A stretch of 64,000 bases of DNA from a phage. The stretch's first letter is position 1, and each line of letters opens with the position of its first letter. Below are positions 17,904 through 27,129 of this stretch, piece after piece. Made by a program: the position numbers and the translations under genes. The notes beneath the pieces were generated by a model. That model was not told where the DNA came from. It saw only the letters and a list, made by a program, of their open reading frames with translations, and did not search any database. Location of the stretch: the sequence record PX393110.1, one strand, 5' to 3'.

Positions 17904-19541
17904 TTAGATGAGGGTCTGTAGGAACCACTCGGGCACTTGTCCCTTAAGGTTATCCAGCAGTCTCTGGAAGGATGGGTCCATCATGTAGGTTACTGCGAAA
18001 TCGTCATGGCTACGTACAGCACGACCACTACCCTGGATGATGGCTATCATAGGCTGGATATTATACCACTCCGGATCACGCACTTTCTTGCGCTCTACCC
18101 AGAGATCACCCAGGTTAGGATAGGAGATCTTGAAGAATACCTGGAATCTGGCAAGATCGCCATGTAAGTCCACGCCCTCCAGAATAGACGGAGACACGAT
18201 AATGCGACCAGGAGTCATCAGCTTAGTGATGTCTCGCACTTCCCTAGAGGTGGGAATGTACATACGGTCGGCATACTTACTTAACTTCTTGATCTCCTCA
18301 GCATTAGCATACGATGCAGAGTGAACCAGTCCGCAAGCAGTGTCATCTCCCAGTCCCTCCAGGAAGTTATCCAGAGCTTCTACATATTCCGGGAACACAT
18401 CCGCCTTAGTCTTGAAGTTCATGCTAGGAAGAGAACGTTCCACAATAAACGGACGATTCTCCAGAGGCCATGCATAATCAGTAGTGATTACTTCCGTATC
18501 ATCCATGCTCAGTTTCAGATCATAGATAAGATTAAACGGAGTAGCAGTCATCAGCAGACGATACTCTGGATGCATAATCAAGCTAGCTGAAGAGTCCAGT
18601 ACTTCCAGTGGCTTGAACTTAAACATCAGATCTCGCTCACCAGTATCTTCGTACAGTACCCACTGATCTGGATCCGTAGCGATGATTGTATTAATCCCGG
18701 ACACGGTCTCTGAAGCCAGGCTAGCTCGAGATTCCAGAGGTCCCAGTTTACTCGCGATCAGCGACTCTACCTGAGCCTTGTTACCGATAGCATCGAACTT
18801 CTCGATAGCCTTCTCCAGATCACGAATCTGAGCGTATAGAACAGATTTAGCCTGGGTAAGATATGGTAGCAGGTCGAAGATGTAGTTGATCTTGAAGTGC
18901 TTAGTCCTCTGAATCTCAGCAACCGGAATGTAATCCCCCATGTCGAATTCTGGAGTTAGGTCCATAAGACGACTGATGTTGATAGTAACTTCGGAGCGAT
19001 CAATAAGAGATCCTGGCAGAGTATGGGCTTCGTCCGCCACCAGCAGTCCTTCTGCAGTGTACTTACCATCCGCAGTAAAGAAGAATGCATAGTTAAGGTT
19101 CTTAAGTGGTGAATCTTTCCACGCATTACGAGCTGCCGCATACTCACAGCACCCGTCCGTCTTACGATAGCGACAGGTAGGGTGATGTTTCTTCTTCGGA
19201 GGAATGGGCAGAGTCAGGTCTGTGTGGCAGCTATAGTTCGTAGCACCCATCAACTGCTTCATATCCTTAAAGTCGCGAAGATACTGCTGCTGGAGAGCAA
19301 TCGTCTTGGTAATGAATAGAGAATCGGTCTCGAACAGCTGATTAATTACTTCGGCTACGATTCGAGAGATCCACGATTTACCAGCACCGGTAGGAGCATT
19401 CAGCAGCACCGTCTTCTTATTCTTATTAATGAACGCATCCAGAATCTTGATGATAGTTTCGCGCTGATTAGCTCGATAGCTAAAGTCCGGGAACGTCTCC
19501 TCCACTACGCTATCGAGGATTCCTTCGACATCATATTGCAT
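17904..19541 (-). CDS. SF2 helicase, DinG/XPD(Rad3)-like
   Basis: Walker A NAPTGAGKS and DEAH box LVADEAHTL. An intervening Cys cluster (YSCH...PTCRYRKTDGCCEY) is typical of Fe-S helicases. Confidence 0.7.
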   Translation of the reverse strand: MQYDVEGILDSVVEETFPDFSYRANQRETIIKILDAFINKNKKTVLLNAPTGAGKSWISRIVAEVINQLFETDSLFITKTIALQQQYLRDFKDMKQLMGATNYSCHTDLTLPIPPKKKHHPTCRYRKTDGCCEYAAARNAWKDSPLKNLNYAFFFTADGKYTAEGLLVADEAHTLPGSLIDRSEVTINISRLMDLTPEFDMGDYIPVAEIQRTKHFKINYIFDLLPYLTQAKSVLYAQIRDLEKAIEKFDAIGNKAQVESLIASKLGPLESRASLASETVSGINTIIATDPDQWVLYEDTGERDLMFKFKPLEVLDSSASLIMHPEYRLLMTATPFNLIYDLKLSMDDTEVITTDYAWPLENRPFIVERSLPSMNFKTKADVFPEYVEALDNFLEGLGDDTACGLVHSASYANAEEIKKLSKYADRMYIPTSREVRDITKLMTPGRIIVSPSILEGVDLHGDLARFQVFFKISYPNLGDLWVERKKVRDPEWYNIQPMIAIIQGSGRAVRSHDDFAVTYMMDPSFQRLLDNLKGQVPEWFLQTLI

Positions 19542-20497
19542 ATTAAGTTCTCTCTTCTGTCTAATACGGACTGGATGAACTCATCAGTACCATTCTGCAG
19601 TTTCCGTATTAGTAATTCCTCAGGATCCTCACCATCGCTGTAGACTACTCGCAGTTGACGAATACTCTTCACCTTCTGTCTTACGCTATTGCGCAGTTCA
19701 AAAGATAAATCCGTACTGTCAAGAAATATCTGACCTTCTTCCGGGAAGAACTGACTCATCATCCTGGCCTGGGTATCGGTGAGGAAAGATCCCTGGACAG
19801 CTAATGGGTTATCGTAGCCTAACAGCAACATTGCGAAAGCATCAAACATACCCTCGCATAAGCTGAACTTAGTCATACCTCCGTATAGACTAGTCTTCAG
19901 AGCACGATTCGGACTATAGATATACTTATCCCCAGGAGGAATATGGTATTTCCTTTTACCTATCGGCTCGTACAGACGCATCGTATAAGATATGATCTTA
20001 CCCTTAAAATACATCGGAGCTGCCACACCTACTCCCTTAAGTTCGCGGATCTGGAAATAATCTTCCATACCCTGTAGGAGCGGGTTGCGGTTAGCCAAAT
20101 ACTCTTTACAGAAATCAGAAGGAGGATCAAACATCCTCTCATACTGAATCTCTGGCACCGAAGATAAACTCCGGACTACCTGCTTATCAGAATGAGCTAT
20201 CCACCCACGGATAGTTAGCTCTAATTCTAACTCTTCCTTACTCTTATTCGAGAAAGGTATGAACTTACAATGGCAACGATGGCATATTCCAGTCTGCTTA
20301 TTGTAGTTCCAGTAAAATGTCCACTTAGAGTTCGGTTCCCCCATAAGTTCACAGGTGGGACACAGTCGGAGCTCCTCCCCCTTATGTTCGTTAGCTATCT
20401 GGACATTACCAGGATACTTATCTGCTTCGAACATGTAAACTCTGGGAGTAACCCTAACCAAGTATTCATTTATACGAGTTAGAGACTCAATTTCCAT
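19505..20497 (-). CDS. DNA primase (Zn ribbon + TOPRIM)
   Basis: CPTCELMG...CHRCHCKF zinc ribbon. TOPRIM-like SLCEGMFDAF and FLDSTD. Confidence 0.65.
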   Translation of the reverse strand: MEIESLTRINEYLVRVTPRVYMFEADKYPGNVQIANEHKGEELRLCPTCELMGEPNSKWTFYWNYNKQTGICHRCHCKFIPFSNKSKEELELELTIRGWIAHSDKQVVRSLSSVPEIQYERMFDPPSDFCKEYLANRNPLLQGMEDYFQIRELKGVGVAAPMYFKGKIISYTMRLYEPIGKRKYHIPPGDKYIYSPNRALKTSLYGGMTKFSLCEGMFDAFAMLLLGYDNPLAVQGSFLTDTQARMMSQFFPEEGQIFLDSTDLSFELRNSVRQKVKSIRQLRVVYSDGEDPEELLIRKLQNGTDEFIQSVLDRRENLICNMMSKESSIA

Positions 20498-20807
20498 AGA
20501 CTAAACTCTGACCCGCATGGATGCGTACTGCATGGTTCTTGTTAGAGTTAGTCAGACGAATCCACTTACCTTCGTCTGTAGAGAATACCTGAGCAGTTAA
20601 GCCCAGGTAAGATACAGAAAGATTAGAGATAGAGTCGACAGTTACCGTACTATCTACCGGAAACTCTACCGATGAGCCAGCTCCAACAATGTAGCCACTC
20701 TTACGCAGCTTCATTGGAGCAATACGACTACTGTGCTGATCGTCAGCACCAATTGTCCGAGCGAACGAGCTCTCAACGTAAACAGTTTCAGGAATATTAA
20801 TCTGCAT
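20487..20807 (-). CDS. small beta-barrel protein, possibly dUTPase-fold
   Basis: ATG at 20807. FSTDEGKWIRLTNSNKNHAVRIHAGQSLV loosely parallels dUTPase motifs 3-4 (GVIDSDYRGE..l.N.....i..GdRIAQL). Weak call. Confidence 0.3.
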   Translation of the reverse strand: MQINIPETVYVESSFARTIGADDQHSSRIAPMKLRKSGYIVGAGSSVEFPVDSTVTVDSISNLSVSYLGLTAQVFSTDEGKWIRLTNSNKNHAVRIHAGQSLVYGN

Positions 20808-21396
20808 TGCCAATAGTCTCTTTAACCAGGTGCTCTATTGAACTACCATGTGCCATATGGAGAAGAGACTGGAGAGTACCCATCCATACATCATCACTCA
20901 CTTCGTCTTTGTACTTATTGAAGCAGGTACTGAAGATGTTGCGGCAGTTCTCCAGCTCGCTTTCGCCAAAGAAGATGTTACCCATGCTGAACTCAGTCAT
21001 GATCTCACGAGATACCGCAATAGCATCTGCAACTTTACAGATGAACTTAGCTTCGGCAGATGCAGGAGTGCGGAAAGTAGGAAGTACCTCTTCCCAGATT
21101 TCCTGCTCAACTTTATTCAGAGTCTCTTTTAACTCTGGGAAGCGAGCCTTAGCAGTGTAGGGGACATCACCTGTAAAGATCTCTGGAATGTCGTGAACCA
21201 ACGAGTACTGATTTACTTCCAGACCCTGCTCAGCAGTTAAAAATCCATCCATCACCAGTTTCTGAACAATCAGAGTAGAGTAGTAAGTAACTTCGAAGCT
21301 ATGCTCCGAGATAGTAGAGCGATGAGACAGTACTTGCTTACCTGCGAAACGATTCACGTTATTGGTACACACTGGTACCTTAAAAAGATCTTTCAT
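20797..21396 (-). CDS. HD-domain 5'-deoxynucleotidase (YfbR-like)
   Basis: TISEHSFEV ... LVHDIPEIFTGDVP match YfbR (ENVSEHSLQV ... LYHDASEVLTGDLP). Confidence 0.7.
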   Translation of the reverse strand: MKDLFKVPVCTNNVNRFAGKQVLSHRSTISEHSFEVTYYSTLIVQKLVMDGFLTAEQGLEVNQYSLVHDIPEIFTGDVPYTAKARFPELKETLNKVEQEIWEEVLPTFRTPASAEAKFICKVADAIAVSREIMTEFSMGNIFFGESELENCRNIFSTCFNKYKDEVSDDVWMGTLQSLLHMAHGSSIEHLVKETIGNAD

Positions 21397-21415
21397 GTAA
21401 TTTCTCCTAAGTTAC

Positions 21416-21448
21416 AAAAATAAAGGTATGGAAGTTGCCTCCCACACC
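21416..21448 (-). terminator. promoter-proximal hairpin + U-run
   Basis: GGTGTGG...CCATACC followed by TTTATTTTT. The stem is 7 bp with one G-U pair that is valid only in minus-strand RNA. Confidence 0.4.
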
Positions 21449-21479
21449 TTAACAGCCTTTCGAGCCCTAAAAAGAGCGG
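21449..21479 (-). promoter_or_regulatory. class-1 motif copy 3
   Basis: CCGCTCTTTTTAGGGCTCGAAAGGCTGTTAA. It abuts the upstream stop (21480) and lies 52 nt before ATG 21396. Confidence 0.6.
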
Positions 21480-22553
21480 TTATTCCAGAATAAACGGAGA
21501 CTTATCCCCGAGGCGGTTCGCGACCCATTTCACGAATGGTGAATTAACCAGATGCTCGCACTGGATAGACATGTGAGCTCCAGTAGTCTTACATAGATAA
21601 TGAGCGCCTGCTAACCACATCATCACATCCAGAGTTGATCCTGGTTGGAACTCTCGACCAACATCTTCCATTACGTATTCTAGAATACTGTGATCGCTAT
21701 TATAACGAGAAGCAGCATCTTCAAGAGTAGCGATGTAATGCTGGAAGTAGGTACGGATCTTATACCAGGAATTAAGTGATCCGAGATCAATCGTAGTTAC
21801 CGGAGCTTCATTAATGTCGTCAACATAAGCTCGGATATTACTTACCTGCTTCTTGATGTTCGACACTTCCGGATACCAGTGGAGATCATCCGTCATCACC
21901 ACATAGTTGCCCATATCTACTTTGAGCATAGTTGCGATGATTTCCTGGATGATCGTGAACTCCACCAGATTAACGTTAGTCAATCCCCAGATTAGATCAT
22001 TACTACGGTTGAATACCGTGCAGTCCAGACCACCATTACGGTACTTAAACGATAGAGCAATGTTGCAGATCATATCTGCGGTATTGATGCTGCCAATGCT
22101 GTTTACCAGACCTACATCAGAATCACGGCTGGGATCGTGAATAGTAGCCACGCACTTACGGTTACCCAGGTCAGAACGGAGGCGGTCTGTTACAGTCTGG
22201 AGTTGATCGTAGTTATACAGACGCTCACCGTAAGCACCACGCCAGGTAACCATATCATCGCTAAACATCTTAGCGCGAGGAACCATAATCGACATCCAGT
22301 TATCGATTGCATAGCCACCAGACAGTACCCACAATACTTCCCCCATAATTCCGAGGATATTGTCTTTACGTTCTGGATGAGCCATCCAACGATTAATCGG
22401 ATTACTTAACTCAACTACAGCATGACCGATGGATACTACCGCCGAAGAGTTAACAGAAGTTCTGGACTTCTGCAACTCACCAGCCTTATCCATAGTATTG
22501 ATGCTGTTAACCAGGATTTCAGTATTACTGTTACCGCGAATTACCGAGATCAT
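21480..22553 (-). CDS. thymidylate-synthase-family pyrimidine dNMP hydroxymethylase/methylase homologue
   Basis: GEVLWVLSGG (ELLWFLQGD), YGERL, DQLQTVTDRLRSD..NRK (DQI..V...L..DP.SRR), catalytic-Cys segment DMICNIALSF, and NRSNDLIWGL (ThyA QRSCDVFLGL; T4 gp42 MRSNDVVFGF), DDLHWY. Extra C-terminal extension of about 100 aa. Confidence 0.7.
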   Translation of the reverse strand: MISVIRGNSNTEILVNSINTMDKAGELQKSRTSVNSSAVVSIGHAVVELSNPINRWMAHPERKDNILGIMGEVLWVLSGGYAIDNWMSIMVPRAKMFSDDMVTWRGAYGERLYNYDQLQTVTDRLRSDLGNRKCVATIHDPSRDSDVGLVNSIGSINTADMICNIALSFKYRNGGLDCTVFNRSNDLIWGLTNVNLVEFTIIQEIIATMLKVDMGNYVVMTDDLHWYPEVSNIKKQVSNIRAYVDDINEAPVTTIDLGSLNSWYKIRTYFQHYIATLEDAASRYNSDHSILEYVMEDVGREFQPGSTLDVMMWLAGAHYLCKTTGAHMSIQCEHLVNSPFVKWVANRLGDKSPFILE

Positions 22554-23272
22554 TTAGAGTCCTTACGCACTGAATCAATAGACTTAACTGCAGAGGACAG
22601 TAACTCCAGACGGGCCTCCTGAGGGATCATACCAGATGGCTCGTTCAGGATCATAATACCTTTACCAGTATTAGTAAAACGAGCTGTGATTGATCCAGGA
22701 TACACCGGATGATTCAGAGTTACAGAATTACACAACGCAGCACCGAATCGCTCCTCGTAGGCACGCATAGTTACCTTAAGGAGAGTAGAACTGACTGCTA
22801 CAGAGTATTCAGGATCAACAACACGGAAGTTATTGTCCTCAATACTCTTATCCTTCGTATTGAAGAACAGAGTCATGTTATAATAATCAATAGACTCGTT
22901 ACTGAGACGTAATGCCTCATCACGAGCTTCCTGGCTGGCAAACATACTGTTATGCAGCAGGAAGTAAACGTACGAATCGAATACCGCACGATCACTGACG
23001 ATCAACTCGCCACGATTGTAGGCATCCTTGAACATCTGAGTTCGCTGACGAATAAGACGCAGCTGGAACTCTACCGCTTCCATAGGATCTTCTACAGCTA
23101 AGCGCAGAATATCCATATGGGATGTTACTCCCAGAGGAAGATGGTCACGAGTCTGTACTGCACGGAAGGTACATTCGGTTGATTCTTCCCAACCTTTAGC
23201 CAGGGTAGATTTACCGGTACCCTGCGCACCAGACATAATTACACTGTAGCCTGGGATACTATAGTCTCTCAT
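22550..23272 (-). CDS. P-loop nucleotide (dNMP/deoxynucleoside-type) kinase
   Basis: P-loop SGAQGTGKST and DRAVFDSYVY (dNK/TMPK-like). ATG at 23272 with GGAGAG RBS. ATGA overlap with the next gene. Confidence 0.6.
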   Translation of the reverse strand: MRDYSIPGYSVIMSGAQGTGKSTLAKGWEESTECTFRAVQTRDHLPLGVTSHMDILRLAVEDPMEAVEFQLRLIRQRTQMFKDAYNRGELIVSDRAVFDSYVYFLLHNSMFASQEARDEALRLSNESIDYYNMTLFFNTKDKSIEDNNFRVVDPEYSVAVSSTLLKVTMRAYEERFGAALCNSVTLNHPVYPGSITARFTNTGKGIMILNEPSGMIPQEARLELLSSAVKSIDSVRKDSK

Positions 23273-23304
23273 TATTCTCTCCAATTAAGAATCTTTCCCA
23301 CATT

Positions 23305-23335
23305 TTAACAGCCTTTCAAGACCCTAAAAGAGCGG
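23305..23335 (-). promoter_or_regulatory. class-1 motif copy 4
   Basis: CCGCTCTTTTAGGGTCTTGAAAGGCTGTTAA, 32 nt before ATG 23272. Confidence 0.6.
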
Positions 23336-23361
23336 ACTAAAAAGGCTGGTGTAAATGTGAA

Positions 23362-24333
23362 CTAGCTAAACTTATACCAGCGAGGTCTCATACGGATCTC
23401 GTGATTCAGTTTATGTAGTTTCGAGAATTCGCAGAATGAGTTGGTGAACATCTGGCGAGTATAGAATCGCTCATCCTCTGGCATGAAGTGGAACCATTTC
23501 TCCGGTTCCCATGAATACCCGAAATGTGCACATATCTCTTTGATGTTCTGATACCACCATTCCACGAATACCTGATAACCACAGGGAGGATTCTGGTCAT
23601 TAATCATGTACCATACCCCATCCTGAGTCCCAGGTCCACATACGATAGCGTCATTATCTGTATACGCAGTCTCTTTAGAGTAGGACATAGTTGCCCAGCA
23701 TTGATATGCCATGAACGGACCTAATCCAGATACCTGTAACAGATGCTCGATAGCCTCGGTAGCGAACGGAGACTTCCATGCCCATAAGATAGGATCACTG
23801 TAGGTCTTCACCAGATAGGCTCTGGCAGCTACACTGTACTTAATATCCTCTGGACATACTTCATTAGCCATCTTAACTGCTGTGCTAAGGAAGTAGGCAT
23901 TTGATTGCTGTGGAGCGGTGAACGGAGGACCATCCTCATAACGACGTAGCTCTTCGCGACCCATGTTATGTATGTCGTCATAGCTCATCTCATAAAGAGG
24001 AAGGACTCTGCGGAAGCGATCCATATATGAATCACCACGGTTTATCATCTGGAAGAGTACTACATTAAGTGCTTTACTCTCCCAGCTTAAAGAATCGTTC
24101 TCCAGAATGTTCTTAATAGCCCACACTGTTTCACGATCGTGCTTACGGAACACGTTAGTGAATTTGAACTTACTAATCCACTTATGTTCCGTCCACGGAG
24201 GAGGCAGCTTAAGCACCTCCTTCTTATAATAAACCTCTGTACGTTCACGGTTATACTCCACATACTCCCGTAACTCCTCAGGATTTATCATCCCAAGGAG
24301 TCCTTCGTAATGCAGACCTAACGGTGTTGACAT
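23362..24333 (-). CDS. hypothetical protein inside the modification island
   Basis: ORF track. TAATG coupling to the upstream glycosyltransferase. Trp/Tyr-rich. A DNA base-modification enzyme (for example pyrophosphorylase-type) is suspected from context only. Confidence 0.35.
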   Translation of the reverse strand: MSTPLGLHYEGLLGMINPEELREYVEYNRERTEVYYKKEVLKLPPPWTEHKWISKFKFTNVFRKHDRETVWAIKNILENDSLSWESKALNVVLFQMINRGDSYMDRFRRVLPLYEMSYDDIHNMGREELRRYEDGPPFTAPQQSNAYFLSTAVKMANEVCPEDIKYSVAARAYLVKTYSDPILWAWKSPFATEAIEHLLQVSGLGPFMAYQCWATMSYSKETAYTDNDAIVCGPGTQDGVWYMINDQNPPCGYQVFVEWWYQNIKEICAHFGYSWEPEKWFHFMPEDERFYTRQMFTNSFCEFSKLHKLNHEIRMRPRWYKFS

Positions 24334-25412
24334 TAAAGAATACCTTCTTTGGTAAAGTAGTCGATTACTTCATCCTGAAGTTCTTGTGCGTAATCCTTGC
24401 GCAGATACAGATTCTCATACTGATGTTTCAGCAGAGCATCACGATCTTTCAGTTTCTCTGCAATCTCCGCATTACTGGAGACGATCAGAGGAGCCAGCAG
24501 CTCTTCGGGGACGCCGCTCCGGATTATTGTTCCGGCAGCATCTTTATCCACCAACATCAGAGTACCAGAGCTCAGGTATTCATAATAACGGTTAGGTGGG
24601 CTGGTATAGAACGAGTTACTAGAGTTCCAGTCTTCAATAAGCAGTACCGCTGCGTATTTAGCCACTTCATCCAGCATCTCTGACAGCTTAAACTTAGGCA
24701 GCCAGTTAATAGGAGCAGCAGGCCCCAGCCACTTACGTTCTTTAGGATCCAGCTCTTCCCAGTTTTCCTGCTCGTAGCCGTCAAATCCAGCAAGACCACC
24801 AGTATGTTTAGCGATAGACATCTGAGCTTTGTAGCTAGGCACCGACATAAACAGTTCCAGACCATCCTGCTGGGAGAAGTACTGAGTGAACTTATGGAAG
24901 CGACCTTCACGAGCAGCACCGTAATACAGCAGGCTATTGTCTGGTTTATCAGATGAGCCGTAGCGAGGCTTACGACCAGGAACGTAGGTAAGACGGTTCC
25001 AGTTAATGTGGTGATAGTTCTCTTCGCTAGGGGAGTACTGATTACCCCAGGAAGTACGCTCGAATGCTGCTACTACTTTAAATGTCGTAGCTGCTGTGAT
25101 GTGTCGCCACTGCGGACCCTGGATACGCATACGTGATGAATAATCTTGACCAATCCAGTAAAACTTAGCTCCGAGGTCCGCCTGGTCTACCCAGAATTTA
25201 TACATCTCATCGCGGAACTTACAGAAGGTAGGAACACCATTGACGGCGATGATCACGTCATATTTGGTGCCATCTTCCATAGCCTTAACAAACTTAGGAG
25301 TATCATCCAGCAAGTCCGCCTGAAGTCCGTAGGCTAACCAGGATGCCAGAGTGTTACTGGCGATGATGGATTTATCGCTGCATGGCGAAAAGTTAGTTAC
25401 TGCAATTTTCAT
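24333..25412 (-). CDS. GT-B glycosyltransferase resembling T4 DNA beta-glucosyltransferase
   Basis: From memory of T4 BGT: MKIAVTNF (MKIAIINM), YDVIIAVN (YDRLIVVN), LLYYGAAREGRF (VIYGGSFRSGQR), AAVLLIEDWNSSNSFYTSPPNRYYEYLSSGTLMLVDKD (AALIIGDKNYNDNFITLRVWETMASDAVMLIDEE). Same length class (359 vs about 351 aa). Confidence 0.6.
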   Translation of the reverse strand: MKIAVTNFSPCSDKSIIASNTLASWLAYGLQADLLDDTPKFVKAMEDGTKYDVIIAVNGVPTFCKFRDEMYKFWVDQADLGAKFYWIGQDYSSRMRIQGPQWRHITAATTFKVVAAFERTSWGNQYSPSEENYHHINWNRLTYVPGRKPRYGSSDKPDNSLLYYGAAREGRFHKFTQYFSQQDGLELFMSVPSYKAQMSIAKHTGGLAGFDGYEQENWEELDPKERKWLGPAAPINWLPKFKLSEMLDEVAKYAAVLLIEDWNSSNSFYTSPPNRYYEYLSSGTLMLVDKDAAGTIIRSGVPEELLAPLIVSSNAEIAEKLKDRDALLKHQYENLYLRKDYAQELQDEVIDYFTKEGIL

Positions 25413-25440
25413 ATTTAATTTCTCCGTAGGCTGTCACAAT

Positions 25441-25470
25441 GTAACAGCCTTTTAGCTCATCAAAGAAGCG
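25441..25470 (-). promoter_or_regulatory. class-1 motif copy 5 (variant)
   Basis: CGCTTCTTTGATGAGCTAAAAGGCTGTTAC, 28 nt before ATG 25412. The upstream stop lies inside the motif. Its 3' block forms the hairpin AGGCTGT/ACAGCCT. Confidence 0.5.
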
Positions 25471-26494
25471 AATTAGCTGATGCCCAACTCAGCCACTTAT
25501 CATTGAGATCAGTTAAGTAGGAATAGTCTTTGTTTAATCCGAATACCGTACGGTTAGTTCCATCGAACTTCATTACCCCAGCACCAGGAGCTCGGATAAT
25601 TGCATCTTCGGTAGCCGTACAATACTCTTTCAAGTATTCCTGGATGTTGGGACGAATACGACGGAACGAGCTATCTGCAGAGTCATAGTGGAACATATCT
25701 GCACAATGCCACTGTACGTAGGACTTATCTGGACGGCTAAGCAGCTCATTACGAGTTACCATATCTTTCGGAGAGTAGCCTAGCTTAGCTACGGTGACTT
25801 CGTGAATACCACCGCCATTAGAAGAGGTGTCCATTAACCAGTTCTCATCCCAGTAGAACGAGCTACCAGTACCGGTTACCTGGCCCACTTTCCATCCCAT
25901 CGCCATACCTTTAAACAACAGGTAGCAATCCTCACCTACAGTGAGTTGCTGGAAGGTCTTATCGAACAGCCAGAACATCTTCTCGCTAGTCTTGACCATA
26001 ATACCCAGGTCAGTAGCCGGAGCAGTGTTATTATGGGACTGACGATCGCAGAGTTCAACAATCTTGTAGTTACGGTTCTTGAAGCTACGGACGAACGCCA
26101 TCTCAAACTCAGATCCCTCGAAGTCGATAATGGACCGATCCAGATGGAAGATATCGTCGGCGAACCAGACATCATCATCCACGAAGTAGCAGATGTCTGG
26201 GCACCAGTCCTGCTTCTCCATTACAATCCATGCTTTATCCAGAGCATGGGCACGGATTTCTCCGATTACCGGATTTTCGTACTTAGGGCTATGACAGAAA
26301 TTAAATTGCTCATCCCCACCAAACTGCTCTTCCAGAATTGCCTTATCTTCTTCGGAGGCATCCTGAATAAAGTAGAAGAAGCGATACTCAATAGAGTCGT
26401 CAGTCTTTTTAGCATCTTTGAACGACTGAATCTGACGGAGTACCGACTTCAGACGATGATAGGTTGGGATGATAAAAGCTACTTTGGTGGTCAT
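25460..26494 (-). CDS. GT-A (GT2-like) glycosyltransferase
   Basis: N-terminal VAFIIPTYHRLKSV and the DXD-type motif FVDDDVWF. Confidence 0.65.
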   Translation of the reverse strand: MTTKVAFIIPTYHRLKSVLRQIQSFKDAKKTDDSIEYRFFYFIQDASEEDKAILEEQFGGDEQFNFCHSPKYENPVIGEIRAHALDKAWIVMEKQDWCPDICYFVDDDVWFADDIFHLDRSIIDFEGSEFEMAFVRSFKNRNYKIVELCDRQSHNNTAPATDLGIMVKTSEKMFWLFDKTFQQLTVGEDCYLLFKGMAMGWKVGQVTGTGSSFYWDENWLMDTSSNGGGIHEVTVAKLGYSPKDMVTRNELLSRPDKSYVQWHCADMFHYDSADSSFRRIRPNIQEYLKEYCTATEDAIIRAPGAGVMKFDGTNRTVFGLNKDYSYLTDLNDKWLSWASANSLL

Positions 26495-26500
26495 AATTAT

Positions 26501-27112
26501 TTATCCAATTTGACGAACTAAGCGAAACCCTTCGGCGTACGGCCACTGGGCGGAATATCCACGTAAGGTGGCTAGGGCTAAGATACTCTGGGTATCTCGG
26601 TCTGACTTAATCTGGGAGTCGAATCGTCCCATAGCCTGGCACTTACACTCAATATCGTCCTTATTCAGACGCTCGAAGTAATTAGGTTCCATCTGACCGA
26701 ACTGGGTCAGGGACTCGGCATACTCATATTCCAGGATAAGCCAGTTATACGCTCGGAGAGCTACACGAGCAGCATGATTAACTAGTTGATGGTCCTGGTG
26801 TAGGCTACTGAACGGAATATAGACTACATCCGGCCTGATTTTAGCAACATAGTCCGCAATATCCTTAGCCAATTGCGGAATATCCTTCTGAGTCATACCA
26901 TCGCCTGTGGAGGCATCGTTACGCTCCAGGCAATGTACTTCTTTGATATTCGGATAGACACCGAATGCTGCTTCGGCTTCGCCACGACGGGTCTCGTCCG
27001 GAGCAGTTACTTCGAGGATGAAGAATTGGTCATCGCGGAATTTGCTCATAATACCTCCGCAACCCAGAATCTCATCATCGTGATGTGGGCTGATAATCAG
27101 TCGTGACTTCAT
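26501..27112 (-). CDS. PIG-L/LmbE-family N-acetyl-sugar deacetylase
   Basis: IISPHHDDEILGCGG (family motif PHPDDE..G.GG) and the downstream SLHQDHQ metal-binding motif. Confidence 0.75.
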   Translation of the reverse strand: MKSRLIISPHHDDEILGCGGIMSKFRDDQFFILEVTAPDETRRGEAEAAFGVYPNIKEVHCLERNDASTGDGMTQKDIPQLAKDIADYVAKIRPDVVYIPFSSLHQDHQLVNHAARVALRAYNWLILEYEYAESLTQFGQMEPNYFERLNKDDIECKCQAMGRFDSQIKSDRDTQSILALATLRGYSAQWPYAEGFRLVRQIG

Positions 27113-27129
27113 TATTAATCCTCGCTACA

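Noticed and set aside
25946-26521. 191-aa plus-strand ORF opposite the GT2 gene
   Set aside because: It is an antisense shadow. The GT2 reading frame carries the IIPTYHR/DDD motifs.
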